The translations under genes and the position numbers were made by a program. The notes beneath the pieces are model-generated. The model worked only from the letters and a program-made list of their open reading frames with translations, ran no database searches and had not been told where the DNA came from. From Trichoplax adhaerens (Eukaryota; Animalia; Placozoa), in the NCBI RefSeq assembly GCF_000150275.1, contig NW_002060947.1, positions 4,330,335 to 4,394,334 of the forward strand: DNA of 64,000 nucleotides, read 5' to 3'. This document shows, piece after piece, positions 1-14,000 of this stretch; positions within the stretch are counted from its first letter, which is position 1; every line of letters starts with the position of its first letter.

Positions 1-704
1 TACATCCGAAAATCCTTTTAAGTTATCATGAACATGATTCTTTACTCAAGAATATAGAATCAGAAAAATTAACAGAAGATGAGCGGAAGGCTGCATGGGA
101 AGAATATAAAGCAGACGAAACGTAATCTTTTGATTTGAGAATCAGTCATTGTTATCATTCTTCACGTGGCAAGATTAACTTAAAATTTTTTATTTTATTT
201 ATTTACAATTCTTAGGCGGCAGTTAAAGCAGCTGCAAGGAAACGATAATCCCATAGGTAATTCTAGTTATGTATGTTGAACCCGTTGTAGTTGGTATTAT
301 CATTACGAACGCAGCAGCTGAATTATAGGAAATAAGCTAGATTGATTGTTATGGATTATGCAATACTTTTATTTGCTTGCTGCTTTTTTATCTTAATTTG
401 ATTATAATAAAGCATGCTATGCATATTCTGTATTTATTGCAAAGTGGTATTCTGAATTTATGCGAAGCGAATGTAGAAAACTTATTCGATCTCATTATCT
501 GCCTATTTTGGATTAGGACTCGAGCAGGCGCAAAACATGCTATCATTGAATACTAATGGAAGTTTTGGTAATAATCAAGAAATTGTAAATAGTACGACGG
601 GCGAATTGCCGTCGCAATTGGATAATCGTAGTGAGATGTTACCATCAACTCACGCTCAGCTGAATTTCCCTGGATATCGATCTTCATTCGGTTACATGGC
701 TTAG
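1..704 (+). CDS. ATRX: ATRX chromatin remodeller, last three coding exons (<1-121, 216-256, 517-704); gene starts upstream of the window
   Basis: First exon reads [39 protein letters not shown], matching the ATRX C-terminal motif YHEHDSLL...LTEEERKAAWAEY. GT-AG introns keep the frame to TAG at 702-704. Confidence 0.85.
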
Positions 705-1649
705 AACATGTAGATTGGTTGTTTATATAAATAAGATGTTACACGTTAAATAAAGTGTATTGTGAAGCATTGATAATTTTTCAATTATATTGTACGAGTA
801 TTTGTTTCTGGCCAAGTGGTAAGATTGGTAGAAGTTCGGCTGCTTTACTGTGGATAAATAGAAACGACTTCATTATAAAGCGTTCGACATTAGTGTATTA
901 TCTTCAAATTTTTATTTTACCTTTGAGATTAAAAGTAGAGCTATAAGAGATTTAGTCGTTCGCAGTTGCTATTAATACTAATTACAGTACAGTAGATATT
1001 CTGTTTTCGTATTGATATTCAGCTAGTTAATGTATGAAAATACTGAGTCTGTTATGTGTTTGCATATAAAGTTAAGTTTTCTTTGGTAACCCAGTATTAT
1101 CTGTTATTGTTACAAACACAATTATAAATCTAACACTTTAAAGCGTTTTTTTATATGGAATAATGTTTGTGATATCAGTACTGTATGTTATGCTGACAAT
1201 CCTGTATTACGGTCTAATATGTTAAGGAATGCAATAAATTTATTTTAGTAACTTAAAAAGCTATTCGCAAATGTAATTGTAGATAGTTTAAAGTTATATT
1301 ATCAATTGATGAGATCGGTGCTTGCGAATGCCTTAGTCGTTACGGAAACATATATCTGTATAGTTTCGTGACATTTTGATTTATGTCAAATATAGTTGAT
1401 TACAGACTTAACAGTAAATGAATCGACTTGATAACTACTTTGAAGAAATGTAAAATGACCACAGAAAATATTTGTATCATTTACCACTGGTGATACCATA
1501 TTTATTTTCGGTAAGCGATGATACATTATAATTTATTCGAGCTATATGATAATTTCAAAGGGATGTTCTTGAATATCCTTTTGATCAAAACTTCACGTTT
1601 CTTTTCAAACTATATGCGGAATGGTAAATGTGTAATGTTCAAGAAAAAA

Positions 1650-2720
1650 TCACTGATCATTTTGTTGCTGTTTCTTTTTTCGAGGCGATTTCAGCTTTCT
1701 AGCATTGCCCATTTTGCGCCAATCAGCTGCTAATCGTATATCTTGCTTTGTAACAGCACTAAAATCCAATTGCCTTAGATTAGGAAGGAGAGAAAGAACG
1801 TAATTCCTATATCCCTGTACGTCAACAATAGGGTTACCATGGAGTGCTATCGATTTCAGCTCAGTTAAAGATGCTAGTTTATCAATCTCTTCTATATCTT
1901 CGATTTTATTACCATGTAGATATAAAACTTTTATACATGGATAATTAAGCAAGACCTGTATATGTAGAGGAGCTGTTATTAGTTTAAATCTAAATTTTCA
2001 AACCGAATAAGTGTTTAAGTTGAGCTATAATTTAGGATGTAACAAAATACCGTACCTTGTCAATTTTTGTTATACTGTTGAAAGACAAATCTAGCCATGA
2101 CAAACCATTTGGTTTATCCAGAAGTTTTTCTACTACTTCTGGAAAGCCGTCAAAGTTTTTAACATAATTATTGTTAATTCGTAAAGAGTTGGTATGGTGC
2201 TTGCCGGAAGAGCTTATCTAGCAATTTGGTGGCAATAGTCAGAGTTATTATATTACAGTAGACTAAGATATGAACAATATTTAGATTATGTAAATTCGAG
2301 TAACTTTAGCTTCATACTTTGTATTTGACTTTTCCAAGCCTGGGTTCTTCATTGCGGAGATCTGCAATATTGATTGGAAATTGTAATGCTTGGATGATAG
2401 TTTTACATTTTGTCTAAATAACTTAAAATTTACATTTCTTTCTAGCAATAGAGAAACCTTTGATAATTATATTATTTAGTGTGACAACATCAAGTAATAT
2501 TTCTATTGGGACATTAAAGTATGCATTTCAGATCTCAAAGTATTAAGCATTAGCAACTTTCGATGAAAGATGCTTTAAGAGGAAATGACCATTGCAATAA
2601 CAAGCAAGTATTACCAGAGAGCGTTTCGATGTGCTTGAAGGAGAAATCTAGTGGGGGCCCATTTTCAACATTACAATCAATGGCATGAACAATTTGGTGT
2701 CGGCGTGGACTGTTACTCAT
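1650..2720 (-). CDS. LRRC51: Leucine-rich repeat protein 51; 4 exons (~2720-2615, ~2361-2318, ~2217-2056, ~1955-1650)
   Basis: Spliced product contains PPLDFSFKHI...NEEPR...SLRINNN...LSWLDLSFNSITKID...VLYLHGNKI...LHGNP...GYRNYVL...LDFSAVTK, collinear with vertebrate LRRC51. Confidence 0.9.
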
Positions 2721-3319
2721 TTCGATATTTGTGCTTGTTAATGATACGAATTTTCCTATATGTAAAAATGAAATTGTGAAAGGCAAATATTGATCAGATT
2801 ACTGTTGTAGTGATAATTTCGTGATTTCAATTTAATGATCGATATTTGTATCTATAAATTTGAGAGTAGTGATGAATTGTAAGTTATTGGTGTAAAATTA
2901 GTAAATAGTCAGAATACCTTTTCACTTGCAGCTGTTAGGGAATGCGTAGATTTGCTAGACGATTTATTTGATTACTAGAGTTTAGACAATAATAGATGTT
3001 GGTTTCTTCGTCCAATAATCATATCCTATTTCAATTGGGATTCATAGCCAATGTTAACGTTGTTGGTATTCCTTGAGGGATTATGAATTGCTTTACGCGT
3101 AGGTAAGAATATTAGGAAATACAGTGGAATATTGTGCTGCAATAATATATTATATCGATCAATTACATCTATCTGAAGAGGTAGTAACCAGTAACGTAAC
3201 TAAGTATTAAGATATAAAATGGTTAACTTGGTATTTATCCATCTCTACGCCAATATATACTGTAGTCTTGCTAGCATTTGTGATGGCAAAGGATCGGGTG
3301 TTGTCATAGCGATAGTGTG

Positions 3320-4320
3320 TACCGTACAGTGTACAGTGTACAGTACCATGGACTACTCAATTATACTGTACGATGGCCCAGACGGCTCAGACAGTCAGAC
3401 AGCCAAGACGGCAAAAATAGTTGTACAGTATACTTTGAACAATTGTATAATGTACAGTCCAGTCCACTTTTGCCAGTTCTACTGTACAATCTGATTATTT
3501 TCGATGTCTCCCCTTCGTTCAAAAATCAAAGTTGTATTCCGTTGAAATTCCAGTATAGTATTTATACTGTATATACCCGTAGAAGGATATCTCCGAAGAT
3601 AGATTATCATGATAACATGAACGTACAGTATAGTACTGTACTGTACAGTTTTTTCTTACATTACACAGTACAGTACAGTACAGTACAGTATAACAGTACA
3701 TGATGTACCGATGATTTAAAGTGTACTAATAGTACACAGTACAGTACAGTAGTCCTTGTCTGTACGCCCGTGCGTCTGTACTATTCTTTTAAGAACTACA
3801 GTACTGTACAGTGTACAGTGTACAGTACTGCCCTGTCCAGTACTGTAGCTACGAAAAGAGAAGTGCAGACATACAGACGTACAGACAAGGACTACTGTAG
3901 TACTGTATGTACTGTACTGTTAGTACAGTACACTTTAAGTCATCGGTATATCATATGACTGTTTCGTCACTCTTCTATCTTTCGGCAGTTGCCGATTTCG
4001 TCAGCGACTTCTATTTTCTCTCTATCAACTGTTGACTATATTATACTATTATATTATTCAGAGTAAAATAAAAATACTGAAGGTGAACTGTAGAAAGCAA
4101 GTGCTTAGTACTTTAATAGAGACGATTTCGTCATGCTTCCGACGGTACAGTACTGAGTACTGGAATCTACAGTACAGTACCTACTATACGTACAGTACAG
4201 TACCCGATCCAGTACAGTACAGTATTATACTGCATGAAAGAATAAAATGGACTCAGAGTCATGACAGTACGGTACTGTAGTCCGGTATACTGTACACTGT
4301 ACAGTACTGTACTGTATATT
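3320..4320. promoter_or_regulatory. TACAG/CTGTA-rich bidirectional promoter region between LRRC51 and LAMTOR1
   Basis: Dense tacag/ctgta/gtac pentamer runs between two divergently oriented genes. Promoter function is inferred from position. Confidence 0.6.
3692..3963. repeat. ~270 bp imperfect palindrome (foldback or MITE-like)
   Basis: Left arm tgatgtaccgatgatttaaagtgtact...cagtagtccttgtctgtacg is the reverse complement of right arm cgtacagacaaggactactg...agtacactttaagtcatcggtatatca. Centre is near 3825. Confidence 0.85.
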
Positions 4321-4502
4321 GCTTCAGCCGCACACCACGCAGGAGCAGGTCGTCGGCAGTTCTCACTTGCAAGTTAGATGATTTTTGAATAGTAATCCTG
4401 ACCGAAATCAGCTTCTAGGTGATCATCCAAACGGTCCATTGATCATCGGTTTTATACATCAATTGATTCTATATCTTTGCTGTAGAATTAATCACAAGCA
4501 GC

Positions 4503-6647
4503 ATGGGCTGCTGTTTCTCCAACTCCTCTGATGAACGTTTCGATGTTCAGGTAACATGAGAAAGTGTCGAGTGTAGACGCGTCTAGATGACAGTGCTCTT
4601 CACATGCAGAAAAGAGTCATTTCCCATTGGAATATAAATTCACTTTATTCCAATGATGGAATGACTACGCTTATGATACTACTGTACACTCCAATAATGC
4701 TTCCAATCGAGTCATAAGTAATGGATAAAAATGCTCTTGAAGCGACGATATACAATGCGTCTCTTTTCAATATTGTACAAGCACTATCTTGAGTTCAAAA
4801 AGTCATTTTTGCCGCCTGTTGTATCTTGATTGTTTGTCTGATCGTCAGCGTATGATAGAATTCGTATATGTTGAACAATGTATTGGTTGCGTTGCTTGTT
4901 TAGTAAGAATAGTACTTATAATGTCTAAACTCTGTTAATGACATAATTAAATCGAGTAACCAAACGGTGTGATATTTTAGAATCCGATTATTAATGAGAG
5001 AACGCCTTTAATGGTGGATTCATCGGCAGTTCCATCACGTCCTGTATTTAGGTAAGTCACTACGAAACCTGATCATGGCTGGCATTTTCAAACTGTTAAA
5101 CCTATATTTACGCGTATATCGTCAATAGAATAAAAGTAGCTAAATCAACTTCGTAAAATAGCTCTATTTTACTCGGTAGATAGTCAATGATTTGCAAATG
5201 TTTTTCATTAGCAAATTACCTAGCTTAGGTTTTGCACCGACTTTCAAATATTACCCAAAGTCTTACCTTTGTCGCAATGTTGTGCAGCATAAAGACTTTA
5301 GTCAGCCTATGAAACAGTGGACTTCATTACTCCGCACAGAGGACGATATAAGCTACAATAGTAGTAAACCTTTTATGTACTGTACTATATTTATATGACA
5401 TCAATGTATCAATCTAGATATCGAGAGAAAGTTGTTCTAATTGATATAGTTTTCTATTTGATTGGAGAAAAATTCTTTTTTAGGCTGTAAATTACTTAGT
5501 ATTGATAAGGTTCAATGTTGCCACCTATAAACATGAAATAATATTTACCTTAACAATAATAGAAATAACTTATGTTCAATAGTAATGACTTTGCGCCCAA
5601 CGAATCTTTAACGTCGCCCAAAGAGAATGACGAAAAGGGTGCTGTAAATAAAATATTACATGAAGTTTCACGGTATGCAATGATTTACATACTACGTGGT
5701 ATAAATTGAATCGATGCTATATCTTAAATTCTATGCTTTCTTGTGTGCTGGTATAAATTGAATCGATAAAATAACCCTATAATTATTTCTAGAAATGTGA
5801 TAGATATCGCAAATATGGAATCAGGAGGTATCGAGCAGATAAAATATTCAGAACGGGAGAAAGTATATAGGTAGGAATTTAATTATTCAATTAGATTTAC
5901 AGTACCATTTGCTAGGACAAAATTTATAGTTGCTTCCTTTAGCTACTGTAGATGAAAGATATCATGATTTGCAATATAGCTTCATGTTTGCGAGATTTGA
6001 TAGCGTGCATCATGTATATCAGTTATATGGTCTTACAATTGATTAGAATACATGATAATAGCTTCGAGCAGTTAACTATACTAGAATTAATTTCCTTTGG
6101 TATCTTTAGGTTGATTTACTTACAGCTAATTCATGATATGAATGTCAATTAATTTGTATTTGCGTATATTGTATGACAGTGACTTTACTGTGCCATTTAA
6201 TATGTCATAGCAGTTGTAATCGACAATCTACCTCTTTGTGATTGAGTTATCACAGTAACGATAAGTAATTTCTTGTCTTCCTACATTTTTAAACTTAGCT
6301 CAAAAGTAGCGGTGCTTGCTATCAAGCCAACTAGCAGTGCTAGAAATGATATTTTAAGTATTGATAGTGTATCTGTGGTCAACGTGCTAAGCGAAAAAAC
6401 TACTAATGATAGAAAAATGGTGAGTAGCCAAATTACTTGAGCTAACAACGAGTCAACATGTATTAAGATTCTTATTGCTTGATGTTGCCAAGTTCTGCTT
6501 TGGCTATCATGGTATTTATTCATACTGATAGGTTTCATTTCACCTTATTAGATTACCGATAATATAAAGCAAGTAGCTTCGGCCTTTTCTTCGATGGGAA
6601 TTAAAAGTACTAAGCCATTAGTTGTACAATTTGACTCAGTTCCTTAG
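4503..6647 (+). CDS. LAMTOR1: Ragulator subunit LAMTOR1 (p18); 6 exons (4503-4550, 4981-5051, 5583-5672, 5793-5870, 6299-6419, 6553-6647)
   Basis: N-terminal MGCCFS acylation motif, ERTPLM dileucine-like signal, ILHEVSRNVIDI core and C-terminal KPLVVQFDSVP*. All introns are GT-AG and in frame. Not in the ORF track. Confidence 0.9.
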
Positions 6648-7428
6648 CTATATTAAGAACGCAAAGTTATTAAATAAAGATTATCATAACTACCGTATCT
6701 ATCGATATCGATGTGAAATGAAACTGGAATTAATATTATACCATTCCTATCGGTGACATTTTCGTTGCGTATTTCGGTGGCGTAAATTGACTGTTGGGTA
6801 AAATTGCAAAGTCAACGTTATAGCTAAATGGATTCCATCCTGTGATTAACCATAAATTGACTGTATTTAAAAAATATTACTCTTGTGAATGTAAAGGAGG
6901 CGTTCAATATAGGATATTCATTTATCAATTTTCCTGTCTGAAGAATGGCCGACAACACGTTGTAAAATTTAATTATCTTAAATGCATGCTATGTACAGAT
7001 TAACAATTTCGTTTGTAACGAATCTACATAATATGTACATTTTCTTTTTATTATTAACATCATTAGAGATATAATATTATCAAGACTGATCTAGATAGTG
7101 ATTATCATCGTAGTAAAATTTTCATGATTGATTGTCCTTAACCTATTGCTTGATATGCTCACTACAAATAGTATACTATGATAATAGCGTGATTGCTACA
7201 ATATCTAGCTTTCATATACGAAAATTAGCTGTAAACGTAGGCATTTAACAAGTTTTAGATCAATTATTCATCAATTCTATATATTTATTTTGTTTCAATA
7301 ACGAGATTGTAAACCTACTATTAAATATAGCTAACGAGAAAATATATATTCAAGATAGGAGCTCTTTGAAAACTATTTTCTTGCGGTTCATTTTGCCGTA
7401 TTGAAATTTAAAAGAAATAAAATTATCA

Positions 7429-7788
7429 TTGAACTTTCGTTTATTTTGCCTTACGTATATTTTAGTCACTACAGGTATTTTGAACTCATAGAGTAAAATA
7501 ACGTCAACCTACTGTATAGGAGGGCATTTACTGTCTTGTTATTAATGTATTGTAAATCTCTTATTGAACTTTTGTTTATTTTGCCTTACGTATATTTTAG
7601 TCACTACAGGTATTTTGAACACATAGAGTAAAATAAGGTCAACCTACTGTGTATAGTAGGGCATTTACTGTCTTGTAAATCTCTTATTGAACTTTCGTTT
7701 ATTTTAGTTAATACAGGTATTTTGAACTCATAGAGTAAAATAAGGTTAACCTACTGTATAAAAGAGCATTTACTGTCTTGTAAATCTC
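7429..7788. repeat. Tandem repeat, three copies of ~100-135 bp
   Basis: ttgaactttcgtttattttg...acaggtattttgaactcatagagtaaaata...aacctactgt...gcatttactgtcttgt recurs at ~7429, ~7565 and ~7687. Confidence 0.9.
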
Positions 7789-9084
7789 ACGTATCATGCA
7801 GTCGTGTTTTCTAGTCAATAAATAGTTTTATGTATTATATACGTATTCCGGTAGGCTAGCTTTTAATCCTATGAAATAGGATGACTGTATTCTCGATCAC
7901 GGTTGTAATTCTTGAATAGAATTCTTTCAAGAAGTCGTATCTGATTGAACTACAGACTTCCTTGGAATTAGTGATATTTGTCTATGGATGTGTTTCAAGT
8001 GCAGCTAAAGACTATCATGTCCGATAATAAAAATTAACCGAGTATCATTTATATAGAGTTAAATACATACTTGTGCTCGTATGCGACAAGATAAACGTAA
8101 CTATTCAAGTGTGCTGCACTTTTGTTTGTTTCTAGTGTGAATGTTAGTTACTGGTATACTCGTATATTCACCGATTATAATCATATACGTATGTTGCGTT
8201 ACTATGAATTAACTGTCACAATATAACTCCAAGAATTCATGTACACTTTTACAGTATGCGTATTATCCAATACAGTATAAGAACATTTAGGTAGAACTTT
8301 TTAGAATACTTTATATAATTTGTACTCGCTGAATTACAATTAAACTAGCCTATGAACTGTAAATATCTGAGCTTCGATTGTATTAATACTGTATGCTAAG
8401 ATTTTCGTATTTTTGTTGTTTTATAGGCAGCAATATACTCGTATCCTTCTTGGTAACGAGGACTTTGGATTTTTTCTTTTTATCTTGTATAGAAAATTTT
8501 AGTGGAAAGTTTATTTTCCAAGACGTCATTATAGTGTAGAAATAAATAAATGTTAACATTTTTCAGTGGTGATACCAAGTAAAATTCTGTATAAGGATTC
8601 GATGGCATACGCATATATGGGAATACTGTAAGAGTAATCTTGAACAAGTATACAACACTAGACCGTAGAGTTGCAAGGACCACAGTATTACCGTTGCGTA
8701 TCTAATAAGGTATTTTACAGTTATTCGCAGTTAAGGTCGAAGATATAGAAAGACGAGATCATTACATGGCAAATTTACCGATAGCATTCCATGTCTACAA
8801 TATACGTACAGTAACGGTACAATGGCAATTATACAAACTGTCTATGTTAGTATTGTACATTCGAATAGTTGTATAGTCAGTGTACGTAACCAAATTTGAA
8901 CAAGTGTAAAAATGCTGGCAGTCTGGCCAATTTGGAATTTCGTATGTCTTGATATTAGCGTTCACTAAAGCCAACAGTCAGATTGAATAAAACGATGGTA
9001 AAGGAATCCGTTTGTTTGGACAACGATTGACTCGATATCTTCCAGATCCACTTGACCAAAACGATCCACAGAAACAACTACTAG

Positions 9085-9780
9085 TTAGCGCGCATCAAAA
9101 ACGATCACTATAAAGTTGAGGCAAGATTAATAGGAAAATGATTGCATTGCTCTGGACAGCGTTTGGGAATATACTATGAATAATGATAAAAGCACTAGAG
9201 TATAGCATGATTTTAGCTCAACTTACTTCTTTTGGTTCTTTTCTTATACAATATACGACAACCGCACTCACGACAACGAATTGGATCACGAGGTTTTATA
9301 TCATTTTCCATTCGACAATCTAGATCATTTCAGATATGTAGCCATACGTGGTAGAAGAATAAAAGAAGTTGATGATTACGCAGGTGAAGTATCGTAGGCA
9401 AAATCATGCACTTTATTGAAGCTGATAATCATTTTATACACACAAAACAGCAGTAAAGCCTACAAAAGTAGCCTAGATCAATGTGATCTCTTTGGTCTAA
9501 CAATACGAATAACGTATCAGAGTAGCGGTTGGCATGGCGATATTTTAGCCTTAACGTATTTCACTTGGCATGGCAAGATTGCATTACTCGTATAATCCAT
9601 TCCGATTGCAATCAACAGTCAATGCCAAGATTTTAACAAACTCTTTGCTATCATAGTACTTGATATTGCTCTATCCGTCAGCATACCTCCACAAATATAC
9701 TTGATAGAAATTTTGTTGGCATTAGCTGTAGAAGGCTGCGTGGATGTGGACGTACTTGCTGTTTGTTCGGTAGCTTCCAT
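9085..9780 (-). CDS. POLR2K: RNA polymerase I/II/III shared subunit RPABC4 (RPB12); exons 9780-9687, 9319-9227, 9107-9085
   Basis: Spliced product [69 protein letters not shown] has the C4 zinc ribbon and the canonical VFDAR end. Not in the ORF track. Confidence 0.95.
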
Positions 9781-9869
9781 GTTGCATGCCGTCTATCTTT
9801 TTCAGCCTCGGACTTTAGTACAAGGATTATAGTAAGAAGAGATACAGTTGACTCCACATTGTCGCCACT

Positions 9870-10790
9870 GCAGTGCACAGTATAGTACTGTGTGTACAAT
9901 GTACAGTACTACATAGCGTACTGTACACTCTGCACTGTACAGTACTGTACTGGATGTGGACCAGACTACCTGTACAGTACTGTACAGTGTATGTTACAGT
10001 AAGGAAAACGACTTCAGAAGCGCTGTCATTACTGTGTCGAGTACAGTATATCCCATTTCCTTCCTTTCTTGTTTTGCTGGAAAAAATGAGCAGGGACAGG
10101 AGCTGCTGACGGACAAAACGTCGTCTTTTATTAACTTGAGCGTAAAGTACAATACTACGGTGGCCCAGAAGGCTCAAACTACCTAAAAATAGCGTCCAAA
10201 ATAATAATAAAATAATGAAAAGGAGAGTGGTACAGTATAGTACAGTAGCCATCTCCTGTGTCAGGCTGTGTGACCTGTACTGCTTACGTCACCAGTACAG
10301 TACTGTACTGTACACAGTGTACAGTCTTATTACCGTAAAATGCAATTTAGTACAGTAGGAGGCGATACGATCCTTTGCCTATTACTGTATATGGATTAGT
10401 ATAACATTCATGTATCATCTATGATACATTGGCACATAACAGGTTCAAATTTTTGCATCACATCGTACAAAATGGATCGCAAATGCATGGTTTAAATATA
10501 TCTTTATATCTGTATAGGAATGTGGATAGCCATTGGTCTTTTTTAAGCGTTTTACTTGTAGTTTTGACTATTCAAAGAAAAGAATAGTGTACAGTACAAT
10601 AAGTATACAGTACTGTACACTGTACTGTACAGTACTGTACAGTACAGTACAGTACAGTGAGTGTACAGTGTACAGTGTACAGTATGACCTCGTCATGATG
10701 TACTGTACTGTGGATGCAGCGCTGCAAACTGAAAGCGTCCAAGACAAAAGGCTGATTTGACCTACTGTACTGTACTGTACGGTACACTGT
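9870..10790. promoter_or_regulatory. TACAG/CTGTA-rich bidirectional promoter region between POLR2K and calnexin
   Basis: Pentamer clusters at ~9870-10050, ~10230-10330 and ~10585-10790 between head-to-head genes. Confidence 0.6.
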
Positions 10791-11096
10791 GGAAACTATA
10801 CTATTCACTATGCAGCCTTTTCAAGTTGACTCTCTCAAACGAGCGTGGTGGCAATTAAAAACCAACGAGTGCCACGAAGTCGTAGTATTGCCTGGAAAGA
10901 AGAAGAAAGGGTAAGGTAGCCATAACGCTGTTGGCTTGTAGAATGTTCAATGGATTCTTAGCCAGTGAAGGATGTGTTGCAAGCTTTTCACCTTAAAGTT
11001 TATTTTTTCTTTAATTCTTTTTCATGAAATTGGCGCATAGCATTTCTACCATTTCACTCAAGTCTACCATTTCCCTTTTTCATATTGGACAGCAAT

Positions 11097-14000
11097 ATGA
11101 ACACGTGTTCGTATGCAATCTGCCTTTTGGTGCTATTGACGACTACCATAGTCTACTGTGATGAAGCATCATCACTGGAAGAGGAAATGGAGGAATCAAT
11201 GCCAGTATCCAAGGTAGTGTTGTGCCGTATCGATTTGGACATGGTTTATCATTCATTTTTTTACACTTCGATCATCATGACTGTCTAATATGGATGAACT
11301 TTCTACTCTCCTTGTCATATTACTACTGTACAATACTGTAGTTGAATGGATCAAGTGAATGTTGTTGTAATAGACGTACTGTACAGTATTGCTAGTCATT
11401 GCTATGACTTTGAATGTTTTAATGGACTCAATGCTAGTCATAACTGCTGTTGGAGAGTCATGTTGGAAATAACCTAATGATCAATCATTGGATTATTATG
11501 GACTTTAGAAGCCTTACCAAGTGCCCATTTTAACTGATTATGATGTCTACTTATATGAAGCATTCCAGTCTGACGAGAGATATCGCAAAAGGTTAGACTA
11601 AAAATAAGCCTACAGTACACTGTAAGTTTCAAATTCCATTGCAATCTTGGTACTTGACGGGTAGTTCATGATGAGAGAGGGTAGCATAAAACTTCGCTTG
11701 ATACGTATATCTATCTACAGTATGGATGAGCAGTACTCTACCTTGATCGATGCTTGTTTGCTTTTGATTCTCAACATGCGACAATGAAATAGGCCATTTT
11801 AATTTCAATTGACTAGTTTATGATATCAACACTGCGGTAAGCAGTAAAAAGCGAGTCGAGATTGAGGAACATATCAAGTCATGCATCATTTACTATTGTA
11901 AATTGTATATTGCTTTATCTTTCATAATCGATATTGACAGTAAATGTCTGTTGCATCAATGAATAGAATTCAAAATTTCGACGTTGGTAACATCTGTATC
12001 ATTGTATTTACAGCTTCTGTATACTATCGGGCTTAGCAGTAACTTAAAATGGCCTAGTTGACTCAGCATACAGCTACCATCATCATTCTATTCATTAATT
12101 ATATGTATGTACTTTATCATCGATTTCTAGTAGTAATGATTTCATCTACATTTTACTCAATACTATATGATATACGCATAGACACTCGATGTAGACGGTA
12201 CACCATACTGTATGTAAATTGATATCGTTAAAATTGAACAATACACGTTTAATTAACTGCACATTATTGTTTTTCATAATAATTAATTTATTAATTAGTG
12301 GTATATACTCTATATTCGAAAAATAATTCAATTGGATAGAATCAATACATACTATCAAAGACAGTGAAATAGAAAAGATATTGTGATAAATTGACAGTGT
12401 ACAGTTCTTATACACACATATTTATTTATAAGGTGAAAATTATTGGACAATAAAATAAATAAACTCGATATGTATCATCCTTTGACTTTGAAATGATAGG
12501 TGATCAGTTTGTATGTCCTCGGTAAATGGAGGTAGTAACTTACAACTTACATTATATGTTATACACCTACACAGGTAATGATGTTGTGTTGGCTATCAAT
12601 TTATAGTCATAGTGGAATAGGATTTATATACGACATTGCTATCTTGAATTCCATAAGCATTCTATTGGATGCATTGCAATACTCTGATAATCTTAGTAGT
12701 AGCTTACGAGGATTCGAGTTCACTATGCTCACAAAGTAGGATTCTAAACTTGGTAATAGCTAATACGGATGAAATAAAGATTGCTAGATGAGTTAGCATT
12801 TCAATCTTGATTATAGCTTATTATTTGATTATAATGGATAAGTTAGTATTTTTGTTCTATCCATAGCCTATACTGTATTACGATTGACCATAGTCAATGT
12901 CTAACAATCGAAGCATATTATGTGTTTTCTGCTATTGTTCATACAGATAACTACACCTATTGAAATAGGAAAGATTGGCTAAGTAACTGTATGTATTCAT
13001 GATTAATTTATACAGATGGATTGTATCGGAGGCTAAGAAAGATGGCGCTGATGCTGATATTGCTAAATATGATGGTAATCTTTCGTGTCATCGAACTTTA
13101 TTGTAGACGTATTCTGACGCACTTTATGCTATTAAGAAATAAGCAAGTAGAATTAATCATGCATAAAACTGGAGTTATATGAATCCTTCTTGTGGTGTTA
13201 TTTAGGTCAATGGGAAGTTGAAGGTACTAAGAAATTAATTAACCGTGGTGATTTGGGATTAGTTATGAAGGTATACATTTCTTTTAACTACACGTTGATA
13301 GCCCTTATAGTAATACTATAAATCTCCATCTGCTTGAAAATTGCGACAATAATGCTTGGTACTAAAGATATACTATCTTACTTCTACTATCATCTACAGT
13401 GTAGTTTTGTTATATTGGATTACCAATTATTAGAATGCAAATTTTAATGTAGAGTATATTAGATACTATGTGAAACGTTACTGACGTAAAAAATGTGACT
13501 AAGCCGTATCCGCCATAAATTATGGAGTCAAACTGCTCAGTTTGACGTAGTTATTGCAATACACTTGGAGTACATGTTACGCGCTCATTGAATTAGAGTA
13601 ATCTTCATTCTAATTAGCGTGCTACAGTATTGTATATAATTGATGTCGGCTTAAATATTGATTGATTGATATTAATTACACTAGCTATGGTGGTTAAAGC
13701 TAATTATTGTCTCTAGCTAAATTACAACCTTTTGCTTAGATGGGACAGTTAGTGATTTCACTCTTTGATATTCTGCATTTTTTATGGAAATATAGTCAAG
13801 AGCAAAGCACTCTGCTATTTCAACGATGTTGGATCAACCATTCGTTTTCGACACCAAACCATTTATCGTTCAGTAAGAATGTTGATCATAATAATTTTTG
13901 AAAGTATCGTAGATATAATATTGCAATTATAGTTTTCCCTAATGCTACAGTACAACAGCAAATGTAACAAATATTGCTACATACGTTATCTAAAATGATT

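Noticed and set aside
3219-4280. Tyr/Cys/Thr/Val-rich ORFs (also at 9827-10808, 32290-32635, 50370-51968)
   Set aside because: They are translations of the TACAG pentamer tracts (YSTVQ, CTVLY) and appear in several frames and on both strands.
6281-6538. Antisense or alternate-frame ORFs overlapping real exons (also 15414-15620, 19183-19395, 35628-35861, 55286-55540, 61725-62089)
   Set aside because: Shadow ORFs of genuine coding exons with no recognisable motifs.
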